From: Ramlibacter sp.
GTDB taxonomy: Bacteria > Pseudomonadota > Gammaproteobacteria > Burkholderiales > Burkholderiaceae_C
Assembly: GCA_028291885.1 (NCBI GenBank)
Contig: JAQGNJ010000300.1
Location: 1-61,991, forward strand
Direction of reading: 5' to 3'
Length of the DNA: 61,991 nt
Under the pieces are notes generated by a model. That model searched no databases. It was not told the origin of the DNA and saw only the letters and a list, made by a program, of their open reading frames with translations. Numbering within the stretch: position 1 is the first letter of the stretch; every line of letters starts with the position of its first letter. This document shows, one piece after another, positions 21,458 through 33,801 of this stretch. Position numbers and translations under genes: made by a program.

Positions 21458-23125
21458 TCAGGCACGGAATTTACCAGTGATCGGATATCTCCAGTCTTTT
21501 CCGAAGCTGCGATGCGTCACACGGATGCCCACCGGCGCCTGCCTGCGCTTGTATTCGTTGATGCGGATCAGCCGCGCGACCCGCTCCACCACGGCGCGGT
21601 CGAAGCCCTGCGCGATGATTTCCTCCACCCCCTGGTCGTTCTCCATGTAGCGCTCCAGGATCGCGTCCAGGATCTCGTAGGGCGGCAGGCTGTCCTGGTC
21701 GACCTGGTCGGGACGCAGTTCGGCGCTGGGCGGCCGCGTGATGATGCGCTCGGGGATGGGGTTGGCGCCCGTGCCATAGGGATCGTTCGCGTTGCGCCAG
21801 GCCGCCAGCTTGAACACCGACGTCTTGAGCACGTCCTTGATCACCGCGAAGCCGCCCGCCATGTCGCCGTACAGCGTGCAGTAGCCGGTCGCCATCTCGC
21901 TCTTGTTGCCTGTGGTCAGCACGATGGTGCCGAACTTGTTCGACAGCGCCATGAGCATCACGCCGCGGATGCGGGCCTGGATGTTCTCCTCGGTCGTGTC
22001 CTCGGGCAGGCCCCTGAACTCGCCGGCCAGCGAGGCCTTGAAGGCTTCGAACTCCGGCACGATCGAGATCTCGTCGTAGCGCACGCCCAGGCGCGCCGCC
22101 ATGTCGCGCGCGTCGATCCAGGAGATGTCCTGCGTGTAAGGGGAGGGCATCATCACGGCCCGGACCTTGTCGCGCCCCAAAGCATCGACCGCGATCGCCA
22201 TCACCAGGGCCGAATCGATGCCGCCCGACAGGCCGAGGATCACGCCCGGAAAGCCGTTCTTGCCGACGTAGTCGCGCACGCCCAGGACCAGCGCGTCCCA
22301 GAGGTCCGCCTCCCGGCTGCGGTCCTCCACGATCGGGCCGCTCAGGCGCAGCGGCGCATCGCCGCCGCCTTCGGCCTGGATGCAGAACAGGTCTTCGCGA
22401 AAGCCCGGCGCGCGCGCCGCCAGGGTTCCGTCCGCATTGACGGCGAAGGAGGCGCCGTCGAACACGACCTCGTCCTGGCCGCCGACGAAGTGCGCATAGG
22501 CCAGCGGCAAACCGACCGCGAGTGCGCGGTCCGCCATGCGCGCGAAGCGCTCGCCGCCCTTGCCGATGTGGAACGGCGAGGCGTTGATCACCACCAGCAT
22601 CTCGGCGCCCGATTCCTTGGCCAGCAGGGCCGGCTCATCGAACCAGGCGTCTTCGCAGATCAAGAGGCCGACGTTCACGCCCTCGACCTGGAACACGCAG
22701 ACGCCCTGGCCGGGGGTGAAATAGCGGCGCTCGTCGAAGACTTGGTAGTTGGGCAGTTCGCGCTTGGCGTAGGTCTCGAGCACCTTGCCGTTGCTCAGGA
22801 CGCTGGCGGCGTTGAAGCGCCGCTGGACCGCCACCGATTTGCTGCGGATGTCGCCGCCGGTGGGATGGCCGACCACGACGTGCAGGTCCTTTAACCCGGC
22901 GAGCTCGCGGGCCACCGTTTTCACGGCATCATCACAGGCCGCGATGAAGGCCGGCCGCAGGAACAGGTCCTCGGCCGCATAGCCGCAGATCGACAGTTCC
23001 GGCGTGAGCACCAGGCGGGCCCCCTGCTCATAGGCCGTGCGCGCGGCGGCGATGATCTTCTGCGCATTGCCCGGCATGTCGCCGACCAGGAAATCGAGTT
23101 GGGCAATACAGAGTTTGAGGGCCAT
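21458..23125 (-). CDS. nadE: Glutamine-dependent NAD+ synthetase
   Basis: Nitrilase domain (PEL, K, ICED) plus SGGIDS, ENIQARIRG, TTGNKSE. Confidence 0.97.
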   Translation of the reverse strand: MALKLCIAQLDFLVGDMPGNAQKIIAAARTAYEQGARLVLTPELSICGYAAEDLFLRPAFIAACDDAVKTVARELAGLKDLHVVVGHPTGGDIRSKSVAVQRRFNAASVLSNGKVLETYAKRELPNYQVFDERRYFTPGQGVCVFQVEGVNVGLLICEDAWFDEPALLAKESGAEMLVVINASPFHIGKGGERFARMADRALAVGLPLAYAHFVGGQDEVVFDGASFAVNADGTLAARAPGFREDLFCIQAEGGGDAPLRLSGPIVEDRSREADLWDALVLGVRDYVGKNGFPGVILGLSGGIDSALVMAIAVDALGRDKVRAVMMPSPYTQDISWIDARDMAARLGVRYDEISIVPEFEAFKASLAGEFRGLPEDTTEENIQARIRGVMLMALSNKFGTIVLTTGNKSEMATGYCTLYGDMAGGFAVIKDVLKTSVFKLAAWRNANDPYGTGANPIPERIITRPPSAELRPDQVDQDSLPPYEILDAILERYMENDQGVEEIIAQGFDRAVVERVARLIRINEYKRRQAPVGIRVTHRSFGKDWRYPITGKFRA

Positions 23126-24332
23126 GGCAGCAGTGAAAAAAAGCTCGAACGATTATGTCACCCGGGTGCTGGGCTCGCCGCTGGAGATCGACGCAGTGCA
23201 ATGGAACGCGCTGCTGGCTGAGCAGCAGGCGCCGACGCCCTTCATGCGCCACGACTACCTGGCGGCGCTCGACCAGAGCGAGAGCGCCACGCCCAAAGCC
23301 GGCTGGACGCCCCGCTTCGTCACCCTGTGGCGCGGCGAGCAGCTGCAGGCGGCCTGCGCCCTGTACCTGAAGGCCCATTCGTACGGCGAGTACGTATTCG
23401 ACTGGGCCTGGGCCAATGCGTACGAACAGCACGGCCTGGCCTACTACCCCAAGGCGCTGGCCGCGGTGCCGTTCACTCCGGTGCCAGGCTCACGGCTGCT
23501 GGCGCGCGACCCCGCGGCGCGCCGCGCATTGGTCGACGCCGTGCTCGCGTGGTGCAAGCAGGAAAAGCAGTCGTCGTTCCACCTGCTGTTCGCAGCGCCC
23601 GATGACGTTGCCGCGTGCGAGCAAGCGGGCCTGATGCTTCGCCACACAGTGCAGTTCCACTGGACGCAACGCGATGAGCAGCCGTGGACCAGCTTCGACG
23701 ATTTCCTGGCCAGCCTGGCGCAGGAAAAGCGCAAGAAGATCCGGCAGGAGCGGCGCAAGGTGGCCGAGGCCGGCGTCACGTTCCGCTGGAGCCGCGGCGC
23801 CGACATCGCGCAGAAGGACTGGAATTTCTTCTACCGCTGCTACGAGCGCACCTACTACGAACACGGCAACGCGCCTTACCTCACGCGCGACTTCTTTCGC
23901 CGCATGGCCAGCACCATGCCGGAGAACTGGCTGCTGTTCGTGGCCGAGCGGGCCGGCAAGCCGCTGGCGTGCAGCCTGATCGCGATCGATTCGACGCCGT
24001 CTTCCGTGGACGGGAAACCGGCCGCGTACGGCCGCTACTGGGGTGCGCTGGAGCGGGTGGACTGCCTGCACTTCGAGGCCTGCTACTACCAGCCGCTGCA
24101 GTGGTGCATCGAGAACGGCTTCGGCCGTTTCGAAGGCGGCGCCCAGGGTGAACACAAGATGGCGCGGGCGCTGATGCCGGTGAAGACCACCAGCTGCCAC
24201 TGGCTGGCGCATCCTGCGTTCGCCGATGCGGTGGCGCGCTTCCTGGAGAAAGAGGGCAAGGGAATCGAGAACTATCTCGAGCACCTCGACGAGCGCAGCC
24301 CGTTCCGGCGCGCTTCCGGGGCAGGGGGGTGA
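23124..24332 (+). CDS. FemAB-like/GNAT protein (DUF482-type)
   Basis: HSYGEYVFDWAWA, PFTPVPG, LHFEACYY, FEGGAQGEHK; start uncertain. Confidence 0.88.
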   Translation: MAAVKKSSNDYVTRVLGSPLEIDAVQWNALLAEQQAPTPFMRHDYLAALDQSESATPKAGWTPRFVTLWRGEQLQAACALYLKAHSYGEYVFDWAWANAYEQHGLAYYPKALAAVPFTPVPGSRLLARDPAARRALVDAVLAWCKQEKQSSFHLLFAAPDDVAACEQAGLMLRHTVQFHWTQRDEQPWTSFDDFLASLAQEKRKKIRQERRKVAEAGVTFRWSRGADIAQKDWNFFYRCYERTYYEHGNAPYLTRDFFRRMASTMPENWLLFVAERAGKPLACSLIAIDSTPSSVDGKPAAYGRYWGALERVDCLHFEACYYQPLQWCIENGFGRFEGGAQGEHKMARALMPVKTTSCHWLAHPAFADAVARFLEKEGKGIENYLEHLDERSPFRRASGAGG

Positions 24333-24353
24333 GTAAGGAAGCGTTGGGCTACC

Positions 24354-24572
24354 ATGGCAGCCATGACACGCATCGTCGGCCATCGCGACCGCTCGGAGTT
24401 CGTTCTCGACCCGGTGGATGCCCTGCGCCAGGGTCGCGTTGTGGATGCCATGCTGGCCGCGGCCAGACCGAAGGCAGGGCGCGGGGTAGTGAGGGCCACC
24501 CATCGCAAGTTCAATGAACTGGATGACCTGCGCCAGCTGGTAGCGGCTCGCCGCCTGAATCCCGGCGCTTGA
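24354..24572 (+). CDS. Small basic hypothetical protein
   Basis: 72-aa ORF; ends 3 bp before the nucleotidyltransferase. Confidence 0.6.
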   Translation: MAAMTRIVGHRDRSEFVLDPVDALRQGRVVDAMLAAARPKAGRGVVRATHRKFNELDDLRQLVAARRLNPGA

Positions 24573-24575
24573 CCC

Positions 24576-25031
24576 ATGGGGCCGGACCCGTTGCTCAAGT
24601 TGCTGGAGCGTTTCCAGGCCGAGGGCGTGCAGTACATCCTGGTCGGGGGACAAGCGGTTCGCCTCAACGGCTTCGTGCGCGCCACCGAAGACATCGACAT
24701 CCTGCTGCCCTCTTCCATCGACAACGGCCGCAAGGTCATCAAGGCCCTGGATTTCCTCGCTTCCAGCAAGGACCTGGATCCCCAGTGGTTCGAAGTCACC
24801 GCCGGTGAGCCGGAGAACATTCGCGTGGCAGACGATCTCCTGATCGACCTGCTGTTTGCCGCCAATGGACAGACCTTCGAAAGCCTGGCCGGGCATGTGC
24901 GGGTTTTGACGGTGGAAGGCGTGGAGGTGCGCACGCTGGACATCGAGGGCCTGCTCAAGACGAAGACCGACTACCGGGACAAGGACCGCATCGACCGCGA
25001 GGCGCTCGAACGGCTGCGCAAGCAGCTGTAA
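24576..25031 (+). CDS. Pol-beta-superfamily nucleotidyltransferase (DUF6036/AbiEii-like)
   Basis: LVGGQAV...RATEDIDIL motif; C-terminal LLKTK..R.KDRID. Confidence 0.8.
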   Translation: MGPDPLLKLLERFQAEGVQYILVGGQAVRLNGFVRATEDIDILLPSSIDNGRKVIKALDFLASSKDLDPQWFEVTAGEPENIRVADDLLIDLLFAANGQTFESLAGHVRVLTVEGVEVRTLDIEGLLKTKTDYRDKDRIDREALERLRKQL

Positions 25032-25067
25032 GTGGCAGCGCTCCTTCCCCGCCTGACCCGCGACGCC

Positions 25068-25427
25068 TCAAGCTTTGACTGTGCGCTTGAAGACGACCGC
25101 GCCGCTTGCCAGCGCCACACCCGCTGCCACCGTCGTTGCCACGAGCAACGTGTCCCAGCCGGCCGGCTCGCCAGCAAGGGAAGCAGCAGGATCGCGCACC
25201 AACCATTGACGACTGCCGCTCCCTGCAATGGCGACAGGCCGCTGCGCCGAAATGCAAGCGTGTATCCCGCCCACAGCATGGCCGCCTGCCGGAAAAACCA
25301 GGCGCTGGCCGGGGGCTAGATAGGCCGGGCTCCGACCCGTCGTGCCTGCATGGAAGCGCACGCGTTCCACCCGCAAGCCGTTGTCGTCCAAAAGCAGGGC
25401 GCGACTTGCGGCATCGGCGCGAGTCAC
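25068..25427 (-). pseudogene. Degraded fragments: cupin-like start fused to EamA/DMT transporter remnants
   Basis: LLDDNGLRVERVRF, then in another frame LWAGYTLAFRRSGLSPLQGAAVVNGW (DMT-like), then LVATTVAAGVALASG. Confidence 0.5.
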
Positions 25428-25442
25428 CCCTGCGAGGCGCCG

Positions 25443-27737
<2,295 letters not shown>

Positions 27738-27851
27738 TTGGGCTTTCGGGGAACCGCGTATTTTAAGTGCCCGCGCGTTCTCACGTGTTTGTGGGTGTTT
27801 GTCAGGGCCTGGCGGTTGCTGAACTGCATGAGCTCCCGGGCTCGCGGGCGC

Positions 27852-28505
27852 CTACCTCTGCTGCCGCTCGCCGCGGGGGCCGTCCCGCTGCCAGTCGCGC
27901 CGGCCCTCGCCTCGCTGGTCCGGCCCGTCCTGGCGCGACCCTTGAGGATCGGGCGCAGGCCGTTGGACCAGGCCGGGCGGACGCCGGCCCGGTTCCGGCA
28001 TTGAGCGGCGCGGTCCGATAGTCGCCGCTTCCTGCGGCAGGCGGGGGTGTTCAGGCCGGACATCGCGCGGCAGATGCGGGCGCGGCCCCGGCCAGGCACG
28101 GTGACGCTGACGCCAGCTGTCGCGATCCCGATACCAGGGCCGGTCGCGGTAGTAGCGGGGCCAGTAGTCGTCCAGGACGAACCCCAGCGCGCCGATGCCG
28201 ATGACCGTGCCGTAACTCGACAGCGGGACGACCGCGCCCTGGTACGGGTACTGGAGGTCGCCCGCCTCCGCCCAGCCGCGGACGGCGCCCGCGACCACGT
28301 CGCACCAGCTGTAGTCCTCCAGGCAGCCCTGGACCAGCACCTGCATGCCGCGCGGCAGGACCGTGACCGCCGGATAGTCCGGCGCCGGTCCGGCGCGCAG
28401 GTCGCCGTCCCTGGCCATGAAGGCAGGCGTTCCCTGCGCCTGGGCGGCGAACGATGCCGCCGCGATTGCCAGCGCGAAAAAAGCCGATGCTGCCGTGTGT
28501 CTCAT
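27852..28505 (-). CDS. Exported SH3b-domain protein
   Basis: Signal peptide; LRAGPAPDYP..GCLEDYSWCDV..RGW; Arg/Pro-rich tail. Confidence 0.8.
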   Translation of the reverse strand: MRHTAASAFFALAIAAASFAAQAQGTPAFMARDGDLRAGPAPDYPAVTVLPRGMQVLVQGCLEDYSWCDVVAGAVRGWAEAGDLQYPYQGAVVPLSSYGTVIGIGALGFVLDDYWPRYYRDRPWYRDRDSWRQRHRAWPGPRPHLPRDVRPEHPRLPQEAATIGPRRSMPEPGRRPPGLVQRPAPDPQGSRQDGPDQRGEGRRDWQRDGPRGERQQR

Positions 28506-28577
28506 GGTGACCTCTGCACGGCATGGATGCCGCTCCCTGCAATCTACCCGGGTCCGCGCTCGTGCGGGAACCGGCAT

Positions 28578-29042
28578 TCAGCCGCCCGCGTGCGCGATGA
28601 GGCGATCGAGCATGGCTCCGAGCTGCTTTTGTTCGGCCACGCTGAGGCAGCCGAAGATCTGCTGGTTGCGCAGCGCGATCAGCTTCATCACGCCGTTCCA
28701 GAGCTTGCGTCCGGCCGGCGTCAGGCTCAGCACCACGCCGCGGCCGTCGCTCTCGCTGGCCTGCTTGACGACCAGTCCGCGGTCGACGAGCGCTTGCGCC
28801 GCGCGGCTTGCCTGCGCCTTGTTCAGGTTCGCGCTGGAAGCGAGTGTGACGACCGACGCGGCGCCGAACTGGCCGATCGCCGCCAGGCAGCGCGCCTGGC
28901 CCACCGGCAATCCGAGCTCCTGCGCATAGGCATCGCTGCTGCCGCGGTCCGTCAGCTTGCCGACCCGGTGCAGGCGCCAGGTCAGGAACCGGTCCAGCGG
29001 CGGGCCGGCGCCGCGATCAACCGCCACGCTGCGCCTCGGCAT
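28578..29042 (-). CDS. MarR family regulator
   Basis: NLNKAQASRA..LVDRGLV..DGRGVVLSLTPAG. Confidence 0.92.
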   Translation of the reverse strand: MPRRSVAVDRGAGPPLDRFLTWRLHRVGKLTDRGSSDAYAQELGLPVGQARCLAAIGQFGAASVVTLASSANLNKAQASRAAQALVDRGLVVKQASESDGRGVVLSLTPAGRKLWNGVMKLIALRNQQIFGCLSVAEQKQLGAMLDRLIAHAGG

Positions 29043-29214
29043 GGCACTGCGCCTGCACGTTGGAGATCAGCGGCAGCACGTCGGAGGCTGCCGGAAAGCG
29101 GGCCATCAGCGACAGGCACAGCATCGAAAGGAACAGCTCGCTGCGCTGCGGTCCGACCTCGGCCAGCGCTTCGCACATGGCGGTGTAACTGAGATCGAGA
29201 TCGGCATCGGTCAT
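29017..29214 (-). CDS. Small DUF2783-like protein
   Basis: MTDADLDLSYTAMCEAL..SELFLSMLCLSL; coupled to the monooxygenase. Confidence 0.7.
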   Translation of the reverse strand: MTDADLDLSYTAMCEALAEVGPQRSELFLSMLCLSLMARFPAASDVLPLISNVQAQCHAEAQRGG

Positions 29215-30794
29215 GGAGCAATTCCTTGTTCTTCCAGGGCTGCCAGCACAGGCTGCGGCTGCAGCCCGCGCCAGCGGCCCATCACGTAACCATCCGGGCG
29301 CACCAGCACCAGGCCCTCGCCGGTGTCGCCCAATCCGTAACGTTGCCGCGCCTGGCCGAGGTTGTCGGCCTCCCGCGGGATGTCGAGCACACCGATGCCA
29401 TGGGCTGTGAGTCCGGAGATCGCCTCGGGCAGAGCGCCGTCGGCGAAGACCAGGCAAACGAAATCTTTCCCGAACGCCTGCGTCAGGTGGAAAGGCCCTT
29501 TCGCGCCGGTGAGCAGCGCCTCGGGCGCCGGTTGCCCGGGCGCGGCCAGTTCGCTGGTCCAGGCATCGGCCTGCGGGACGTTCAGCGGCGAGCCGGCGTA
29601 GGAAACCGGCGCCGACTGGCGCGGGTTGATCAGCGGACGCAGCTTCTCGTCGCTCACGGCCAGCCGCAGGGTCGCTTCGCGCATCAGCCTGAAGGCAAAG
29701 TTCGGCGGCGCCATGAACTCCGTGCTCTTTGCGCCGTAGGCGATGTTTTCCCGCGCGGCGTGGACGCGTTCGACCGAATAGCTATCGAGCAGCGCGTCAC
29801 CGGCCTGGCCCTGCAGCACGGCGGCGAGCTTCCAGGCCAGGTTGCCGGCGTCGTCCAGGCCGGAGTTCAGGCCCCGCACGCCGAAGATGGGGACAAGGTG
29901 GGCCGCGTCGCCGGCGAAGAACACGCGGCCCGCGCGGTAGCCTGGCAGCGTCAGGCACTTGGCGTTGTAGATCGAGATCCACAGCGGCTTCCAGGGCTCG
30001 TCTTCCCCGATCATGGCCAGGTGGCTCTGGACGCGAGGCAGCACGTTCTCCGGCTTGATGGCTTCGACCGGGTCCTCGTCGTCGCGCACCTGGTAGTCGA
30101 TGCGCCAGACATCGTCCGGCTGGCGGTGCATCAGCAGCGTGGAGCCGGGATTGGACGGCGGATCGAACCAGGCCAGCCGCTCGACGGGTCGCTTGGTCTT
30201 TTGCACGATGTCGACGATGACATAGCGGCCTTCGTACTGCGTGCCTTCGAACTGGAGGCCGAGCTGCTCGCGCACCGTGCTGCGCCCACCGTCGCAGGCG
30301 ACGAGATAGTCGCAGCGCAGGCTGTGCAGCCCGTCCGCATCGCGCACCTGCACGTCGGCGCCCTGCCCGTCGGCTCGCACGGTTTCCACCCGGCTGGACC
30401 AGCGCACGTCGGCCAGGCGCGGACCGTTCTGCCCGGCCCGGTGCACGAATTCCTCGACATAGAACTGCTGGATGTTGACCATGGGCGCGAAGCGCTGCGT
30501 CGGCTCCGACGGCATCTGGAAGTGCAGGACCTCGGTGTCGCGCCAGTAGCTGCGTCCGCCGGTCCACGGCAGACCCTTGGCGACCAGCGCATCCGCAGCG
30601 CCGGCCCAGCCCAGGATTTCCTGCGAGCGGCGCGACACGCAGATCGCGCGGCTGCCGCTGCAATAGCCCTCGTCGGCCTCGACGACCAGGCTGGCGACGC
30701 CCCGGCGCGCCAGCAGTGCGGCCAGCGTCAGCCCAACGGGGCCGCCACCGGCGATGAGCACGGGAACGTGGGAAGGTAGCGGAGTCGACGCCAT
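29211..30794 (-). CDS. FAD-dependent aromatic monooxygenase (MhpA-like)
   Basis: GGGPVG, ACDGGRS, AGDAAH..FGVRGLNSG, VRPDGY. Confidence 0.92.
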   Translation of the reverse strand: MASTPLPSHVPVLIAGGGPVGLTLAALLARRGVASLVVEADEGYCSGSRAICVSRRSQEILGWAGAADALVAKGLPWTGGRSYWRDTEVLHFQMPSEPTQRFAPMVNIQQFYVEEFVHRAGQNGPRLADVRWSSRVETVRADGQGADVQVRDADGLHSLRCDYLVACDGGRSTVREQLGLQFEGTQYEGRYVIVDIVQKTKRPVERLAWFDPPSNPGSTLLMHRQPDDVWRIDYQVRDDEDPVEAIKPENVLPRVQSHLAMIGEDEPWKPLWISIYNAKCLTLPGYRAGRVFFAGDAAHLVPIFGVRGLNSGLDDAGNLAWKLAAVLQGQAGDALLDSYSVERVHAARENIAYGAKSTEFMAPPNFAFRLMREATLRLAVSDEKLRPLINPRQSAPVSYAGSPLNVPQADAWTSELAAPGQPAPEALLTGAKGPFHLTQAFGKDFVCLVFADGALPEAISGLTAHGIGVLDIPREADNLGQARQRYGLGDTGEGLVLVRPDGYVMGRWRGLQPQPVLAALEEQGIAP

Positions 30795-30805
30795 GTGGCC
30801 AGGTG

Positions 30806-30851
30806 GTTGCATCCGCAACTATACGCCAACTGGTTGCGCACGCAACCAGTT
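30806..30851. promoter_or_regulatory. Tandem palindromic operators (probable MarR sites) flanking -10 TATAGT
   Basis: GTTGC-ATCC-GCAAC (30806-30819) and AACTGGTTGCG-CA-CGCAACCAGTT (30828-30851). Confidence 0.75.
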
Positions 30852-30882
30852 ACCGGACGTCCGTCCCCGCGCCGCGGCGGGC

Positions 30883-31344
30883 TTACATGCGCTTGCGCAG
30901 CTGGCCGCGGATCTCGCCGCCCGGGAACCTGGCGCTGTGGATGTTCACGTAGTACAGCCCGGCTGCGAGGTCGGCGTACTGCGCCGGCGTGATCGTCGTT
31001 TCGCCCATGATGGGCTGCGCATTCAGGTCGCCGGTGAACGGAATCACGACGGGCGCGTTCTGGCCCACCGGGGCCGGGCCGTGGATATGGGCGCCGGTGG
31101 CCGGGCCGGTGAGGCCGGAATAGGTCACTTTCCAGGTGAGCTTGTTGCTGTTCTCGTTGAACTGGACCTCGGCCGCGCCGCTTGCGCTGGACGCGGTGGC
31201 CGGCGGCACTTCCTGGGTCGGGCTCAGGCTGGTCTCGAAGATCTGCATCTTCTGCGACGGCCGCATCTGGCCGCAGCCGGCAAGAGCGAGGGTCACGAAG
31301 CTCGCTGCGAGGGCGGTGCGCAATACGGTTTGGCGGCTCAACAT
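30883..31344 (-). CDS. CHRD-domain lipoprotein
   Basis: Lipobox LAGC; EVPP, AHIHGPA, YVNIHS..FPGGEIRGQL. Confidence 0.92.
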   Translation of the reverse strand: MLSRQTVLRTALAASFVTLALAGCGQMRPSQKMQIFETSLSPTQEVPPATASSASGAAEVQFNENSNKLTWKVTYSGLTGPATGAHIHGPAPVGQNAPVVIPFTGDLNAQPIMGETTITPAQYADLAAGLYYVNIHSARFPGGEIRGQLRKRM

Positions 31345-31440
31345 GGCTTTTCTCCTTGGTGGTACCCGGATGGGCAGCCATTGTGAGCACGACCGCAAGA
31401 AGGTGTCTGTAGGACTCGCCCCACACACACGAGGCTCGCC

Positions 31441-31725
31441 TCAGGCGGGAGGCAGCTTGCCCCTTGCGGCGTCCAGCTCCCAGGGGCTGTCCTCGACGTT
31501 CGGCCCGTCGGGATAGGAGTCCGGCCCCTTGCGGATGCCCGGCTTGGCCTTGCTGCCCGGCACGCCGGCGGGAACGTCGGTCTCGATCTGCTCCAGGTCG
31601 ACCGCGCTGCCGGCCGGCGGCTCCTGCTTGACCGCCTCGCCCAAGGTCTTGTTGCGGGGGTCGCCATCGTGGTTCTCGTTGCCGCCGGATGCCGGCCCGC
31701 GGCCGACGCTGGTGTTGGCGCTCAT
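31441..31725 (-). CDS. Small hydrophilic hypothetical protein (94 aa)
   Basis: SD AGGAG before ATG; MSANTSVGRG...; promoter motif upstream. Confidence 0.65.
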   Translation of the reverse strand: MSANTSVGRGPASGGNENHDGDPRNKTLGEAVKQEPPAGSAVDLEQIETDVPAGVPGSKAKPGIRKGPDSYPDGPNVEDSPWELDAARGKLPPA

Positions 31726-31853
31726 GAATGCTCCTGTTTGCTGATCGTCGAACGACTTTAGGCCCTGCCGGGGCGCCACGCTGTAGGACAGCGCAGTTCG
31801 CGCGCAGGCGCCGGTGAACGGGCTGCCGACAAGAAATCGCAATGGTTTGCCGG

Positions 31854-32720
31854 CTAGACGCTTTTCTTCGCTGCCGCTTTCTTCCCCGCCGCTTTCTTGG
31901 CGGCCGGCTCCCTGGTTGCGGATGCGGTCTTGCCTGATTTCAGTTTCTTCAGGTCCAGTTCCACCCAGGTGGGCGCGTGGTCGCTGGCTCCCTCCTGGCC
32001 GCGGACCCACGCATCCACACCCGCCGCCTTCAGCGCCGGAGCGAGCTCGGCGTTCAGCAGCAGATGGTCGATCCGCAACCCTGCGTTGCGCTGCCAGTGC
32101 TGGCGGAAATAGTCCCAGAAGGTGTAGACCGCCGCCTCGGGATGGAGGTGGCGGATCGCGTCGATCCAGCCCTGCCCCAGCAGCCGCTGGTAGCGCTCGC
32201 GGGTCTGCGGCTGCAGCAGCGCATCCTTGCGCCAGGACTTCGGGTCGTAGATGTCGAAATCGGTCGGCACCACGTTGTAGTCGCCGCACATCAGCACCGG
32301 ATGACCGGAGCTGTAGAGCCCGCCGGCATGCTCGATCAGGCGGTCGAACCACGCGAGCTTGTAGTCGAATTTCGGCCCCGGCTGCGGATTGCCGTTCGGC
32401 AGGTACAGGCATGCGACCACGACGCCGTCGATCGCCGCTTCCAGGTACCGGCTGTGGTCGTCGGACGGATCGCCCGGCAGCTCGCGCCGGATCTCCACGG
32501 GCTGCACGCCCTTGGCCAGGATGGCCACGCCGTTCCAGGAGCGCTGCCCCTTCCACAGGGCGTGATAGCCGGCCTGCTTCAGTTCCGCCTGCGGAAAGCT
32601 GGCGTCCAGCGCCTTCAGTTCCTGCAGGCAGGCCACGTCGGGCTGCTCGCGCTCCAGCCATTCGAGCAGCCTGGGCAGGCGGCTCTTGATGCCGTTGACG
32701 TTATAGGTCGCGATCTTCAT
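31854..32720 (-). CDS. xth: Exodeoxyribonuclease III
   Basis: ATYNVNG, LQELK, YLPNGNP, GDYNV, RIDH, SDHAP; Lys/Ala-rich tail. Confidence 0.95.
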   Translation of the reverse strand: MKIATYNVNGIKSRLPRLLEWLEREQPDVACLQELKALDASFPQAELKQAGYHALWKGQRSWNGVAILAKGVQPVEIRRELPGDPSDDHSRYLEAAIDGVVVACLYLPNGNPQPGPKFDYKLAWFDRLIEHAGGLYSSGHPVLMCGDYNVVPTDFDIYDPKSWRKDALLQPQTRERYQRLLGQGWIDAIRHLHPEAAVYTFWDYFRQHWQRNAGLRIDHLLLNAELAPALKAAGVDAWVRGQEGASDHAPTWVELDLKKLKSGKTASATREPAAKKAAGKKAAAKKSV

Positions 32721-32814
32721 GTCAGCTCTGGGGCGCGGACATCGCTTGCGCGGCGGGTCGGCCCGTCACGGGACGCAACCGGCCGTTGCCTGGCCGGCCA
32801 GGGAGTTGCGCGGC

Positions 32815-33288
32815 TCAGGATGCGAAGAGCGCCGCCGCCATGGGCCCGCGGCCCATCGCGGTTCGCGCCAGCGACGAAGGCGGAAACCGGCCCGAGGCAT
32901 TGACGGCCCGTGCCTGCGCTTCGGACTGCGCCATGCAGTAGTCCATCAGCTGGGAATTCTCGCTGGCGCGGTCGAAGACCTGGTCGATCCCCATTACCCG
33001 GCAGCGAGCGCGGGCCTGGGCGTCGGCACTGGCGGTCCAGACGACCACCCGCTGGTGCGGCTGGCGCTTGGCAAGCGCCTCCAGGATGCGAAAGCCCGAC
33101 CCGCCTGTTCCCAGGTGCAGGTCGACGATCGCGATGTCCCAGTCGTTGGCGGGGTCCGTGAGCCAGGCCACGGCGCTCTTTTCGTCCCCGGCGTACCCGA
33201 CGGTCGTCACCCCGGCCAGCTCGGCCAATCCTTCCACCAGCGCAGCCCTGACGGGCACGTTGTCCTCGACCACAAAGCCTCGAAACAT
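32815..33288 (-). CDS. Single-domain response regulator (REC)
   Basis: VVEDN, DIAIVD, VVWT; the usual conserved Lys appears to be replaced (VFDR). Confidence 0.85.
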   Translation of the reverse strand: MFRGFVVEDNVPVRAALVEGLAELAGVTTVGYAGDEKSAVAWLTDPANDWDIAIVDLHLGTGGSGFRILEALAKRQPHQRVVVWTASADAQARARCRVMGIDQVFDRASENSQLMDYCMAQSEAQARAVNASGRFPPSSLARTAMGRGPMAAALFAS

Positions 33289-33399
33289 GATCTTCCCCGA
33301 ATGTTTTCAAGGCGCTGACGGCGCGCCCTGTCACTGCAATGTGACGTAGCCGCCAAAGGCGATTTGTAGGACGAGGCCGTAACCTTTTGTGAAGCACCG

Positions 33400-33801
33400 T
33401 TACACGAAGCTTCGTTCGTCCGAGACGCGGTCCGGCAACTTGCTGACGTCCCAGTCCAGGCCGTGGCACCCGGCAGCTTCGACGCGGGCCCACGCAGCGC
33501 GGATCGGCTCGCGCGCTTCTTCCCAGCTCAGGCGCGAGTCGCCCTTGATCCGGCAAAAGTTGGCGCAGAGGGATTTCTCCGCCTCCTCGAAGCAGCCGCC
33601 GTACTGGGCACAGCCGCTGTAGCCGACGCAGTACGCGGGGGCGTAGTCCTCGTAGTCATAGTCGGGGCGGAAATACGCTTCCTTCCAGTAGTTGTTGGAC
33701 CAGTAGAGATCCTCGACCTGCGCCGAATACCGGCGCAATGCGTTTTCCTGCGGCTCGGCGGCGAGCGGTTCGACTTCATATCCAGCTTCTGCGAATGCCA
33801 T
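33400..33801 (-). CDS. Hypothetical protein (stress-associated 'YEDYAPAY..SRLSWE..RAAW' type)
   Basis: EDLYW..YEDYAPAY..G..KGDSRLSWEEAREPIRAAWAR. Confidence 0.75.
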   Translation of the reverse strand: MAFAEAGYEVEPLAAEPQENALRRYSAQVEDLYWSNNYWKEAYFRPDYDYEDYAPAYCVGYSGCAQYGGCFEEAEKSLCANFCRIKGDSRLSWEEAREPIRAAWARVEAAGCHGLDWDVSKLPDRVSDERSFV

